DNA of 64,000 nt, from assembly GCA_044376225.1 (NCBI GenBank), contig JBILLF010000005.1:820-64819 (forward strand), given 5' to 3'. The notes below the pieces were generated by a model. That model was not told the origin of the DNA. It saw nothing but the letters and a program-made list of their open reading frames with translations, and did no database searches. Within the stretch, counting starts at the first letter, position 1, and every line of letters begins with the position of its first letter. The position numbers were made by a program, and so were the translations under genes. Source of the DNA: Patescibacteria group bacterium (GTDB lineage: Bacteria > Bacteroidota > Ignavibacteria > Kapaibacteriales > Kapaibacteriaceae). Of the stretch, positions 8,447 through 16,936 are shown in pieces.

Positions 8447-9562
8447 ATGTCACCGTCAGCTCCTCCACGCATCTTTATCACGGCCGGCGAGCCCTCGGGC
8501 GATGCCCATGCAGCCCGCTTGATGCAGCGCCTGCGGCTTCTCATACCGGATGTGGTGTTTGAGGGTTTCGGCGGACCCGCCATGGAAATGCAGGGGTTGC
8601 ATTCGCTTGCATCGATGAGCGACCTTGCGGTTTCCGGATTTGTGGAGGTTGCCAAACGATACCGCTACTTCACCAGCCTCCTTGAAACCTGCCGCGCGCA
8701 CATCGTCAAGACCAAGCCCCTTGCCTTCATTCCGGTTGATTATCCGGGCTTCAATCTCCGTCTTGCCGCGCGTGTGCGCAGCCCGCATGTACCGGTGATC
8801 TGGTACATCGCCCCCCAGCTTTGGGCCTGGGGACGGGGCAGGGCTTCGACCCTTGCTGCCTCGGTGGATCGGCTTCTGGTGGTGTTTCCCTTCGAAGTGG
8901 AGTTCTTTTCTCGTTATGGCATTGATGCCGAGTATGTGGGACATCCGCTGATGGAGATTCTGCCCGAGCCGGAACAGCGGCGTGCCGATGCTCCGATCGT
9001 TCTGATGCCCGGCTCGCGCACACAGGAGCTAAAGCGACACGTTCCGCTTCTTGTTCGGACAATCGCCGAACTGCGGCGTTCACACGGGGACATGGCCTTC
9101 GCCATCCCTCGTGCGCCAGGAATGTCCGCCCGCCTGCTGCAACCACTGGCCGATGCTGGAGCGCGCATCGTCGACGATAGCAGTAGCGCGATGAATTCGG
9201 CGTGGGCAGGAATGATCAAGGCTGGCACATCAACGCTTGAGGCAACTCTTCGAGGACTTCCCTACGGCACGTTTTACCGCACATCAACACTCAGCTATCA
9301 CCTCAGCAAGCATCTCATCGATGTTTCGTCCATCACGCTCATGAATCTTCTCTTGCAGCGTAATGTGGTTCACGAATACATCCAACATGATGCGACGCCA
9401 ACGAACCTTGCACGTGAGATCATCGAGCTGTCGAGCAATACACGTCGTCGAGCAGAGTTAACAGACTCCATGAACGACGTCCGGCGACTCCTGTCATCCT
9501 CCGGTGCCAGTGCGCGGGCGGCTGATATCATTCATGCGACCATCAAGGGTAGGCTCCGATGA
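8447..9562 (+). CDS. lpxB: lipid-A-disaccharide synthase
   Basis: RIFITAGEPSGDAHAARLMQRL N-terminus plus PVDYPGFNLRLA. It lies in an lpx gene cluster. Confidence 0.85.
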   Translation: MSPSAPPRIFITAGEPSGDAHAARLMQRLRLLIPDVVFEGFGGPAMEMQGLHSLASMSDLAVSGFVEVAKRYRYFTSLLETCRAHIVKTKPLAFIPVDYPGFNLRLAARVRSPHVPVIWYIAPQLWAWGRGRASTLAASVDRLLVVFPFEVEFFSRYGIDAEYVGHPLMEILPEPEQRRADAPIVLMPGSRTQELKRHVPLLVRTIAELRRSHGDMAFAIPRAPGMSARLLQPLADAGARIVDDSSSAMNSAWAGMIKAGTSTLEATLRGLPYGTFYRTSTLSYHLSKHLIDVSSITLMNLLLQRNVVHEYIQHDATPTNLAREIIELSSNTRRRAELTDSMNDVRRLLSSSGASARAADIIHATIKGRLR

Positions 9563-10149
9563 AAGCCCGGGCATTTTCCGCTCTCGTGCGCCTGCTGGCG
9601 CGCTCGTGGCGCATTCGCGTGGAAGGCGACATCCCCACCGGACCGTGCGTGATCGCTTTCTGGCATGGAGAGATGCTACCCGTTCTGGCAACATTCGGTC
9701 CTCTGCACTCGATCGTCCTGGTCAGCCCAAGCAATGACGGCAAAATTCTGCAGCAGCTTTTGCGTGACTGGGGACACGTCATCGTCGAGGGTTCGTCGTC
9801 GAGAGGGGGCAAGCAGGCCCTGGAACAGCTCGTGGCGCTGGCCCCGGAGAACATCATCCTGATCACTCCTGACGGACCTCGCGGCCCGGCCCATGTGTCT
9901 AAACCGGGCGCGGTGATCACAGCACAGCGCTCCGGCGTACCGATCGTGCACGTACGTGTGCGATCCACGCCCAAGGTCACGTTCGCACGCTCCTGGGACA
10001 AGTTCCAAGTGCCCCTTCCCTTTGCCCGCATCACGATGCATCTGTCTGAACCGGTGTATATCCCGCAGGGAATCGATGAACACGGTACCGAAGAGCAAAT
10101 CCGCCTGATGGATGAGCGCATGCACCGGCTCGGAGCCGTCACATGCTAG
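9559..10149 (+). CDS. DUF374 / lysophospholipid-acyltransferase-family protein
   Basis: FWHGEMLP...SPSNDGKIL...SSRGGKQAL...ITPDGPRGP blocks. The position between lpxB and lpxK is typical. ATGA overlaps are present. Confidence 0.6.
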   Translation: MKARAFSALVRLLARSWRIRVEGDIPTGPCVIAFWHGEMLPVLATFGPLHSIVLVSPSNDGKILQQLLRDWGHVIVEGSSSRGGKQALEQLVALAPENIILITPDGPRGPAHVSKPGAVITAQRSGVPIVHVRVRSTPKVTFARSWDKFQVPLPFARITMHLSEPVYIPQGIDEHGTEEQIRLMDERMHRLGAVTC

Positions 10150-11105
10150 AGCTGCTCTCGCGCCTCTATGGAATGGCGGTTGCGCGCCGTAACCGGCGGT
10201 ATGACCTTCATCAACTTCCGATCGTTCCCGTGGATCGTCCGGTGATTAGCGTGGGCAACATCTCGGCCGGCGGAACTGGGAAGACTCCCGTCACACAGAT
10301 GCTGGTGCATCTGCTGCGGGATGCCGGACGTCGTCCGGCGATCGTGATGCGTGGTTACAAGCGTCGTTCCCGCGGGCTTTTGGTGGTGCACGACGGTAAG
10401 GGGCTCGTGGCCGACGTAACCCAAGCGGGCGACGAGGCATTCCTGCATGCCTCCACACTGGACGTACCGGTTGTGGTCAGCTCAGACAAGGTCGAGGCCG
10501 CCGCGTATGCCGCTGGCCACCTTCCCTGCGACGTCATCATCGTCGATGACGGCTTTCAGCATCGCGCTCTGCATCGTGATGTGGACATTGTGATCGTTGA
10601 TCGTGAAACTATAACGGGTCGCCTGCTGCCGGCCGGACGTCTGCGCGAGCCCCTTTCATCTCTTGGTCGTGCCGATGTGGTTCTGCTGAGCGGGGACGTT
10701 CTGCCATCAGAGATTGAGCCGCATCTCCGCTCCACAGCGCAATTGTTTTCCCTGGAACGTTTGTTCACCTGCGGAGCGTCAACAGAGATTCCCGTTGTTG
10801 CCGTCAGCGGTATTGCCAGGCCAGATCGGTTTCATACCGCACTGCGAGATCGCGGCTATCATGTGGTCGAAGAGATCACCTACGCCGACCATCATCGCTA
10901 CACGGCCTTCAACGCGAGCTCCATAACGCAGGCAGCAGCGCGTCATTCAGCTCAGGTCATCACCACGTCGAAGGATCACGTCAAGCTAGCCCCCTTGCTC
11001 AAGGAACACGGGGCTGAAGTTCAGCTTAGCGTGTTAGACCTGAAGATGCAGGTTCATTCGTCATCGTCGTTTCTTTCAGCTCTCCTACCGAGGATCACTC
11101 CGTGA
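10143..11105 (+). CDS. lpxK: tetraacyldisaccharide 4'-kinase
   Basis: P-loop VGNISAGGTGKTPV, then MRGYKR and DDGFQH motifs. Confidence 0.9.
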   Translation: MLELLSRLYGMAVARRNRRYDLHQLPIVPVDRPVISVGNISAGGTGKTPVTQMLVHLLRDAGRRPAIVMRGYKRRSRGLLVVHDGKGLVADVTQAGDEAFLHASTLDVPVVVSSDKVEAAAYAAGHLPCDVIIVDDGFQHRALHRDVDIVIVDRETITGRLLPAGRLREPLSSLGRADVVLLSGDVLPSEIEPHLRSTAQLFSLERLFTCGASTEIPVVAVSGIARPDRFHTALRDRGYHVVEEITYADHHRYTAFNASSITQAAARHSAQVITTSKDHVKLAPLLKEHGAEVQLSVLDLKMQVHSSSSFLSALLPRITP

Positions 11106-11830
11106 AGATCGCCATCTCCCGCGCCAGCGGTAGCCCGTCGTATGAACGCTATGCACCGTGGCTTCAGGCCGCCGACGAGCGCGTCACTGTTGTTGACATG
11201 CATTCGCTCAGCGCCGCCGAGGCATCAAACAGCCTTGGTGACTGCGACGCACTGGTGCTCAGTGGAGGACCCGATGTCGATCCTTCCCGCTATGATGCCG
11301 AGCACCGGCGTACACTGTGTCAGGTGATCGATGCCGAGCGTGATGAACGCGAGATAGCGCTGATCGAGCGCGCCCGTGATCTTCGCATGCCCGTTCTTGG
11401 CATTTGCCGTGGAGCGCAGATTCTGAACGTTGCCTACGGCGGCACGCTTTATGCAGACCTTCCGACGGAGCGTCCATCATCCACCGAACACCGTCAGGTT
11501 GACGGGGCTGATGCTATGCACCCGGTGGAGATTGAGCCCGGCTCCATACTCCGCCGCATCTGTCGCACCATGGACGGCAGTGTAAACTCGGCGCATCACC
11601 AGGGTGTGGAGCACCTTGCCCCGCTCTTTACACCATCAGTGGTCTCGGCGGACGGGATCATCGAAGCTTTTGAATGGGGTGATGCCACACTTGGCGGCAA
11701 GCCGTTTCTGCTGGCTGTGCAGTGGCATCCCGAGCGGCTGGAGCATACCAATCCCTTTTCCCTTGCCATCGCGCAGCACTTCATTCACGAGGCGGAGGCG
11801 TATCGTCTTCTGGTGAAACCACGCTCCTGA
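11102..11830 (+). CDS. class I glutamine amidotransferase / gamma-glutamyl hydrolase family (peptidase C26)
   Basis: GICRGAQILNVAYGGTLYADL with the catalytic Cys, plus a downstream HHQ motif. Confidence 0.75.
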   Translation: MKIAISRASGSPSYERYAPWLQAADERVTVVDMHSLSAAEASNSLGDCDALVLSGGPDVDPSRYDAEHRRTLCQVIDAERDEREIALIERARDLRMPVLGICRGAQILNVAYGGTLYADLPTERPSSTEHRQVDGADAMHPVEIEPGSILRRICRTMDGSVNSAHHQGVEHLAPLFTPSVVSADGIIEAFEWGDATLGGKPFLLAVQWHPERLEHTNPFSLAIAQHFIHEAEAYRLLVKPRS

Positions 11831-13334
11831 GAACATCGTCTCGGCGGGCGTGAATGACAATACTGGCGCGCAGATCGCCCACTGTTTGATGCTCACCTGG
11901 CCGCAGGCGTGTTTCAACCGCCGCCTGCAGGGCAACGCACATGATAGGCGTCAGCTGCCACTCGATACCCATGCCCACGCGACGTCCGTAGCCGTTGGCC
12001 GACACGAGTGTCTGCAAGCCCCGTGCTGCATACTCCACCATCATTGGCGCTACGTCAACCTCATCCGAGGCAAACACGCTGGTCCGAAACCGCAGCACGG
12101 TAATGGGGCTAACCTTCCAGCGTGCTTCGACCCATCCGAGCGTGCCATTCAGATAGACATCTGATGTCTGCCGCTGGAGCAGCCGCAGATCGGCATTGCA
12201 TCGCACCTCCAGCCGGTCGTGCACGATGCGTCGCACGCGAAGGCGTAGCTGCCACAGCAGACGATCGTTCTGGCGGCGCACATCTCCAGATGCGCCATCC
12301 TCATCACGACGATGCCGCACGCGCCATTCGATATGCAGACGGTCTGTAACGCGCTGCTCGACGTCACCGATGACATCGATCGTACGAGAGGCCAACGGCA
12401 ACAACCAGGTCCGGCCATGTGTGCCTGATAGAGAAAGGGCAAGGCGGACCGTTGCCACACCCCGCTGCGAGATTCGCATACGCAGATCCCCTCCCCACGA
12501 ATTGGTGGCACGACGTGGTGAAGCCAGCAAGGATCCTAGTGCCAGCTCAGCCTGAGCATGCGCATTCCAGAACACCAGCGAAACCGATGTCGGACCACTG
12601 GCATACGCCCCGAGACATTGCACGGCCGCGCGCCCCACTGGATCAACAGCCAGCTCAGCAGCAACTCCCACACTGCCGACCATCCCCGATGCTGAGATAG
12701 AGCCGCTCAGAGTCATTCCCGAATCTTCATAGCTGCCAAACAACGTTGCCGATGCGGTGACGCCTGAACTTCGCACGTCAGCAGCGATCATGGCCATTTG
12801 TACACCAGGACGTTCCATATCGATTCCCCAGGCTGCATGCAGACGTACGATTGAATCTACATGCGCCGACGCACCGCATCCACGCAGGCCCCCTAACCCG
12901 GCGCGAAAGGGGCTCTGCAAGGCCGACGATGCCGTGCGGCGCGCTATACTGGAAAGTGGCGAAAGCCTTGATCGACCCATGCCGCGGGCAGCCGAGGTAA
13001 GCGTTCCCAGTCCACGCTGAATCACGATGTCTCCAGCAGCCACCATCCATGTCGTGTCACCCAGTAGCGTCCACCAGCGCTCGGGAGAGGCTGTCGTGCC
13101 GACATAGCCGAGACGGTAGTTCGGGTGTTCAAGCAGAAGCCGAGCCGCAGCCGGCGCAACGCCGCGTTCGGCGCGCACCGCAGCCGAGCTGCCCGGTAGC
13201 GCATCAAGCATCAACACGTCGAAGCGTCGTTGGGACTCTACGTCCTGCAGCGTATCGGGGTCGATCTCCTGTGCGGCAACTGTTGGCAGACAGATCAATA
13301 GGAACGCCACCCACTCAGTGAGCAGCCGCTTCAC
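11781..13334 (-). CDS. hypothetical secreted protein, probable outer-membrane beta-barrel
   Basis: I placed the start at a GTG overlapping the upstream stop (GTGA), which gives the signal peptide VKRLLTEWVAFLLICLPTVAAQE. The C-terminal half shows an alternating beta-strand pattern. No family was recognised. Confidence 0.5.
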   Translation of the reverse strand: MKRLLTEWVAFLLICLPTVAAQEIDPDTLQDVESQRRFDVLMLDALPGSSAAVRAERGVAPAAARLLLEHPNYRLGYVGTTASPERWWTLLGDTTWMVAAGDIVIQRGLGTLTSAARGMGRSRLSPLSSIARRTASSALQSPFRAGLGGLRGCGASAHVDSIVRLHAAWGIDMERPGVQMAMIAADVRSSGVTASATLFGSYEDSGMTLSGSISASGMVGSVGVAAELAVDPVGRAAVQCLGAYASGPTSVSLVFWNAHAQAELALGSLLASPRRATNSWGGDLRMRISQRGVATVRLALSLSGTHGRTWLLPLASRTIDVIGDVEQRVTDRLHIEWRVRHRRDEDGASGDVRRQNDRLLWQLRLRVRRIVHDRLEVRCNADLRLLQRQTSDVYLNGTLGWVEARWKVSPITVLRFRTSVFASDEVDVAPMMVEYAARGLQTLVSANGYGRRVGMGIEWQLTPIMCVALQAAVETRLRPGEHQTVGDLRASIVIHARRDDVLRSVVSPEDDTPPPRE

Positions 13335-14122
13335 GGCAAATCCATAATGAACGTGAGCGTTGTGGCGGCTCCGAGTGGATCGGAGTGCCGTAGATCCACG
13401 AGCAGGTCCGTCGTCGTGGCAACCGGTATTCGCACGGCACACTCGATCGTGATCGGGCTGGTCTTCAATGCCAATCGCAGGGGTACGCGCGGCGTCAGAT
13501 CGATCAGCGAGGCGATGCGCAGCGAGGGTGGCCGGTTCCAGGCGATGACCACATCGACCATCATCGCGACGGAGTCAACATCATGGGAAAGCCCCATTCT
13601 CAGCGTTGGACCCTTGATCTCTCCAAGGTCGATAGCCCGATCAAGCCCTACGGCTAGCGTCCACTCAGCCATTCGCATCGATGCGCTCATGTCGATGTAC
13701 AGCGATGCACGGTCATCAAATCCGCGGATGATCATCCATTCCGAGCGGACCCGAAGCCCCATCCCATAACCATCCATCGGCAGAAACTGATAGCGCAGTT
13801 CCGGAGCGATCATAGAGATCGACGATGTGCTCTTTGCGGAGAGGGCACCCGCCATGCGGGCCGACGGTAGGCCAAGCACGAGGCAGGCCTCGGATAGGCC
13901 GCTCAGTCCCAAGGGCCGTGGTGTGGCTACCACCGCAAACTCACCGTTGATCTCCGTCAGGGGGCTGGCCATGGCTTCCCATGGAGAGAGCACATCCTGC
14001 GAGGTCACACTAGGTAGCATCAAAGGCTGACACTTCAGGCTCGCATGCACCAGAAAAGCCCCGGCCAACGTCAGGCATGTGGTGCGTAGATTCGCCGGTA
14101 TCCAATCGTGGAGAATTGACAC
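13331..14122 (-). CDS. hypothetical protein (possible envelope protein)
   Basis: GTG start with a hydrophobic N-terminus LTLAGAFLVHASL. It is translationally coupled to the downstream gene. No family was recognised. Confidence 0.45.
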   Translation of the reverse strand: MSILHDWIPANLRTTCLTLAGAFLVHASLKCQPLMLPSVTSQDVLSPWEAMASPLTEINGEFAVVATPRPLGLSGLSEACLVLGLPSARMAGALSAKSTSSISMIAPELRYQFLPMDGYGMGLRVRSEWMIIRGFDDRASLYIDMSASMRMAEWTLAVGLDRAIDLGEIKGPTLRMGLSHDVDSVAMMVDVVIAWNRPPSLRIASLIDLTPRVPLRLALKTSPITIECAVRIPVATTTDLLVDLRHSDPLGAATTLTFIMDLP

Positions 14123-14123
14123 A

Positions 14124-15029
14124 ATGCGTCCCTTTCAACGTTCGTTTTTCATCCTCGTGTCGCTGTGCGCGGTTTGCGTGACACTTCGGGCGCAGGAAAT
14201 CCAGGCAACCGTTGCGGTTGATATGCAGACGCTGACGCTGGATCAGCGCCAGGACCTTGTGAACATGGCCCGCGATGTGGAGGGATACATCAACAACAAC
14301 CGGTATCTCGACAAGGACTGGGACGGCGAGAAGATCCCAGTGGACATCACGATCTACATCCGTGCACGGAACGGCAACCGCGTCAGTGCGCGCCTGGCCA
14401 TCGTCAGCAAGCGTCTTGTCAACGGGCAGCCCGGAACCGGTTCTGGGCTCCTTCGCATCTTCGATCAGGAATGGTCGTTCGATTGGTCAATGACGCCCAC
14501 ACTGGTCTATCAGACTCTCCGCTATGATGACTTTGCCAGCGTTGTGGACTTCTACATGCTCATGGCCATCGGCCTCGACATGGATACGTACGAGGACGTT
14601 GGTGGCACGCCCGCCTATAAGATCGCTCAGCAGATCGCTCAGAACGGAAACGCCCGCGGCGTCTCGCAGTTCAGCACCATGTATCAGCCCGGCGAGTTCA
14701 CGCGAATGTCCTTGGTGTCGGAATTCATGGACATCCGCTACCAGGGTCTGCGTCGGCTTATCTATGACTATCACGATGCCATCGATACCTATGCCACAGA
14801 CAAGGCTGCCGGTCTGACGGCCCTCGAAGCCGTTATCCATGACATTGCTGAATTCAAGCGCAACAAACTCTCCAACCGCAGCGTTATGCTGCAGGCCTTT
14901 TTCGAGGCCAAGCAGAACGAGCTTGCCGGACTGTTTCGGGGCAACAAGAACTCCCCCGTTTGGGCCGACCTTCGCTATGTCGATCCTGGCTTCACACAGC
15001 AGTACGAAGCCGCCCGAGACGGTCGCTGA
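14124..15029 (+). CDS. DUF4835-family protein (FCB-group, T9SS-associated family)
   Basis: Start trimmed to MRPFQRSFFILVSLCAVCVTLRAQE. The blocks DITIYI, VDFYMLMAIGLDMDTYE and IYDYHDAIDTY follow the DUF4835 pattern as I recall it. Confidence 0.65.
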   Translation: MRPFQRSFFILVSLCAVCVTLRAQEIQATVAVDMQTLTLDQRQDLVNMARDVEGYINNNRYLDKDWDGEKIPVDITIYIRARNGNRVSARLAIVSKRLVNGQPGTGSGLLRIFDQEWSFDWSMTPTLVYQTLRYDDFASVVDFYMLMAIGLDMDTYEDVGGTPAYKIAQQIAQNGNARGVSQFSTMYQPGEFTRMSLVSEFMDIRYQGLRRLIYDYHDAIDTYATDKAAGLTALEAVIHDIAEFKRNKLSNRSVMLQAFFEAKQNELAGLFRGNKNSPVWADLRYVDPGFTQQYEAARDGR

Positions 15030-15031
15030 CG

Positions 15032-16231
15032 ATGTCCGAGACCGTTCGCCGTCATGAAATGTTCATGCGGCAGGCCCTTGAACTGGCCGCCGCAGCAGCA
15101 GCCGAAGGTGATGTGCCGGTTGGGTGCGTCATCATTCGTGGTGAGGAGATCGTCGGACGCGGCAACAACCAGATTCAGCGAAGGGGCGACCCCACACGCC
15201 ACGCTGAGATCGTAGCGATCGAAGATGCCGTGCAGACGGTTGGCGAGAAGTTTCTCACAGAGTGCACGCTCTACGTCACGCTTGAGCCGTGTGCAATGTG
15301 CGCCGGTGCGATCGTTTTAGCCCGCATCCCAACGGTTGTCTTTGGCGCGGCTGATCCCAAGACGGGCGCCTGCCGGAGCGTTTTCGAAATCGTTGACGAC
15401 CCCCGACTAAACCATTCCGCCGTTGTCCGAACAGGCATCCTTGAGCAGGAGTGCTCGGCAATTCTCTCAGACTTCTTTGCCGCACAGCGTGCTGTATCGG
15501 AACCCGAACCTGGGCGGACTGCCGAGCCCCCTGCCGCTTCCGGAGGCATCCTATGGCTTGTGCCAACACCGATCGGCAACCTCGAGGATATGACGCTGCG
15601 GGCAGTGAAGACACTACGTCAGGCCGATGTGATCGTCTGCGAAGACACACGCACCACAGGACCCCTGCTTAAAAAGTATGATGTGCCACCAAAGCCGCTT
15701 CTGAGCTATCACGAACACAACGAACGTGAGCGGGCCCAGGAGATCGTCAGTCGCATCCGCGCTGGCCAGAAGGTAGCCTTGGTCAGCGATGCCGGTATGC
15801 CAGGCATCAGTGATCCCGGCTATCGGGCCGTACGTGCCTGTATCGAGGCCGGATTACCGGTTTCAGCCCTCCCTGGAGCCTCGGCCGGAGTAACAGCTGT
15901 GGCTGCCTCGGGACTTCCAACGGACCGCATTCTCTTTGCCGGTTTTCTGCCGCAAAAAAAGGGCCGCAGCGCAACCCTGCACGAGCTACTGTCAGCCAAC
16001 GCAACCGTTGTTCTGTACGAATCCCCCTATCGCCTGCAAGCACTCCTCGAGGAGATCGTTAGCGCGGGTGCAGCCCAACGTGATGTTGTTGTGGGTCGGG
16101 AAATCAGCAAGAAGTTCGAAGAGTACATTCGAGGCACCGCTCAGCAGGTCCATGATGTATGTTCGCAACGGGGATCGATCAAGGGCGAATGCGTCGTCAT
16201 GATCGGTCCGGAGTCGAACCAGGGAGACTGA
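15032..16231 (+). CDS. tadA-rsmI: fusion protein: tRNA adenosine(34) deaminase TadA (N-terminal) + 16S rRNA C1402 2'-O-methyltransferase RsmI (C-terminal)
   Basis: The N-terminal half carries the deaminase zinc motifs RHAEIVAI and TLEPCAMCAGA. After the linker VSEPEPGRTAEPPAASG the RsmI blocks follow: LWLVPTPIGNLEDMTLRAVKTL, CEDTRTT, VSDAGMPGISDPGY, LPGASA and LYESPYRL. It is one uninterrupted ORF. Confidence 0.8.
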   Translation: MSETVRRHEMFMRQALELAAAAAAEGDVPVGCVIIRGEEIVGRGNNQIQRRGDPTRHAEIVAIEDAVQTVGEKFLTECTLYVTLEPCAMCAGAIVLARIPTVVFGAADPKTGACRSVFEIVDDPRLNHSAVVRTGILEQECSAILSDFFAAQRAVSEPEPGRTAEPPAASGGILWLVPTPIGNLEDMTLRAVKTLRQADVIVCEDTRTTGPLLKKYDVPPKPLLSYHEHNERERAQEIVSRIRAGQKVALVSDAGMPGISDPGYRAVRACIEAGLPVSALPGASAGVTAVAASGLPTDRILFAGFLPQKKGRSATLHELLSANATVVLYESPYRLQALLEEIVSAGAAQRDVVVGREISKKFEEYIRGTAQQVHDVCSQRGSIKGECVVMIGPESNQGD

Positions 16232-16233
16232 TC

Positions 16234-16848
16234 GTGTTCATTTCGTTTGAGGGTATAGACGGCAGCGGCAAGAGCACCCAGCTGACCATGCTACGCGAGT
16301 GGTTTGAAGCGCGCGGCTCCGGCGTGATGGTTATCCGCGAGCCAGGAGCGACACTTCTGTCAGAGTCGATCCGCGAGATCCTACTCAGCACGAAACAGTC
16401 AATAACCCCAACGGCAGAACTCCTACTTTTCAGTGCCGCCCGCACGCAGCTCGTCGAAAAGGTCATCGAGCCCGCCCAGACTGCCGGCTCGATCATTCTC
16501 TGCGATCGATACGTTGATAGTACGACGGCATATCAAGGCTACGGCAGGGGGCTGAACCTTGACCACGTTGCTGAGATCAGTCGCATCGCCACCCGCGGTG
16601 TGATGCCCTCACTCACTTTCTTCATCGACGTCCGATATGAACAGGCACAGCAGCGCATGCAGTTTGCCGAAGGGGCAGCCGAGCCTGACCGGATGGAACG
16701 CGCCGGCAGCGAGTTTTTCAATCGAGTACGTGACGGATATTTGGCCATAGCCGCGTCCGACCCGAAACGTTTCGTCGTTGTCGATGGTTACCGCGATCGT
16801 GATGCCATCCACCGCGACATCGTAACCGAGGTAGAGCACCGCCTTTAG
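16234..16848 (+). CDS. tmk: thymidylate kinase
   Basis: GTG start 2 nt after the upstream stop. P-loop ISFEGIDGSGKSTQ and DRYVDSTTAYQG. Confidence 0.9.
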   Translation: MFISFEGIDGSGKSTQLTMLREWFEARGSGVMVIREPGATLLSESIREILLSTKQSITPTAELLLFSAARTQLVEKVIEPAQTAGSIILCDRYVDSTTAYQGYGRGLNLDHVAEISRIATRGVMPSLTFFIDVRYEQAQQRMQFAEGAAEPDRMERAGSEFFNRVRDGYLAIAASDPKRFVVVDGYRDRDAIHRDIVTEVEHRL

Positions 16849-16885
16849 CCCCCTGAAATGGCGGTAACCCCTTGGCGTCATTCCG

Positions 16886-16893
16886 TATCTTTG
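16886..16893 (+). promoter_or_regulatory. candidate -7 promoter element TATCTTTG (TAnnTTTG type) upstream of metalloprotease gene
   Basis: Exact TAnnTTTG match 43 nt before the ATG at 16937. Confidence 0.3.
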
Positions 16894-16936
16894 GGACCAT
16901 CATTTTCACCACCAAAACGATCCGCAGGGAACACCC

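Noticed and set aside
11781-11830. 50-nt convergent 3' overlap (amidotransferase versus beta-barrel-like gene) and the 32-nt overlap at 27923-27954 (OsmC versus gatA)
   Set aside because: The stops are fixed by the sequence and both partners look genuine. Convergent overlaps of this size occur in compact GC-rich genomes, so they are not evidence of anything unusual on their own.
14960-16233. Long N-terminal extensions offered by the ORF track (14960, 16159, 38850, 49823, 56688, 8468, 13442)
   Set aside because: Each would overlap the preceding gene substantially. Internal ATG or GTG codons give canonical N-termini or signal peptides directly after the upstream stop, so I trimmed the starts.
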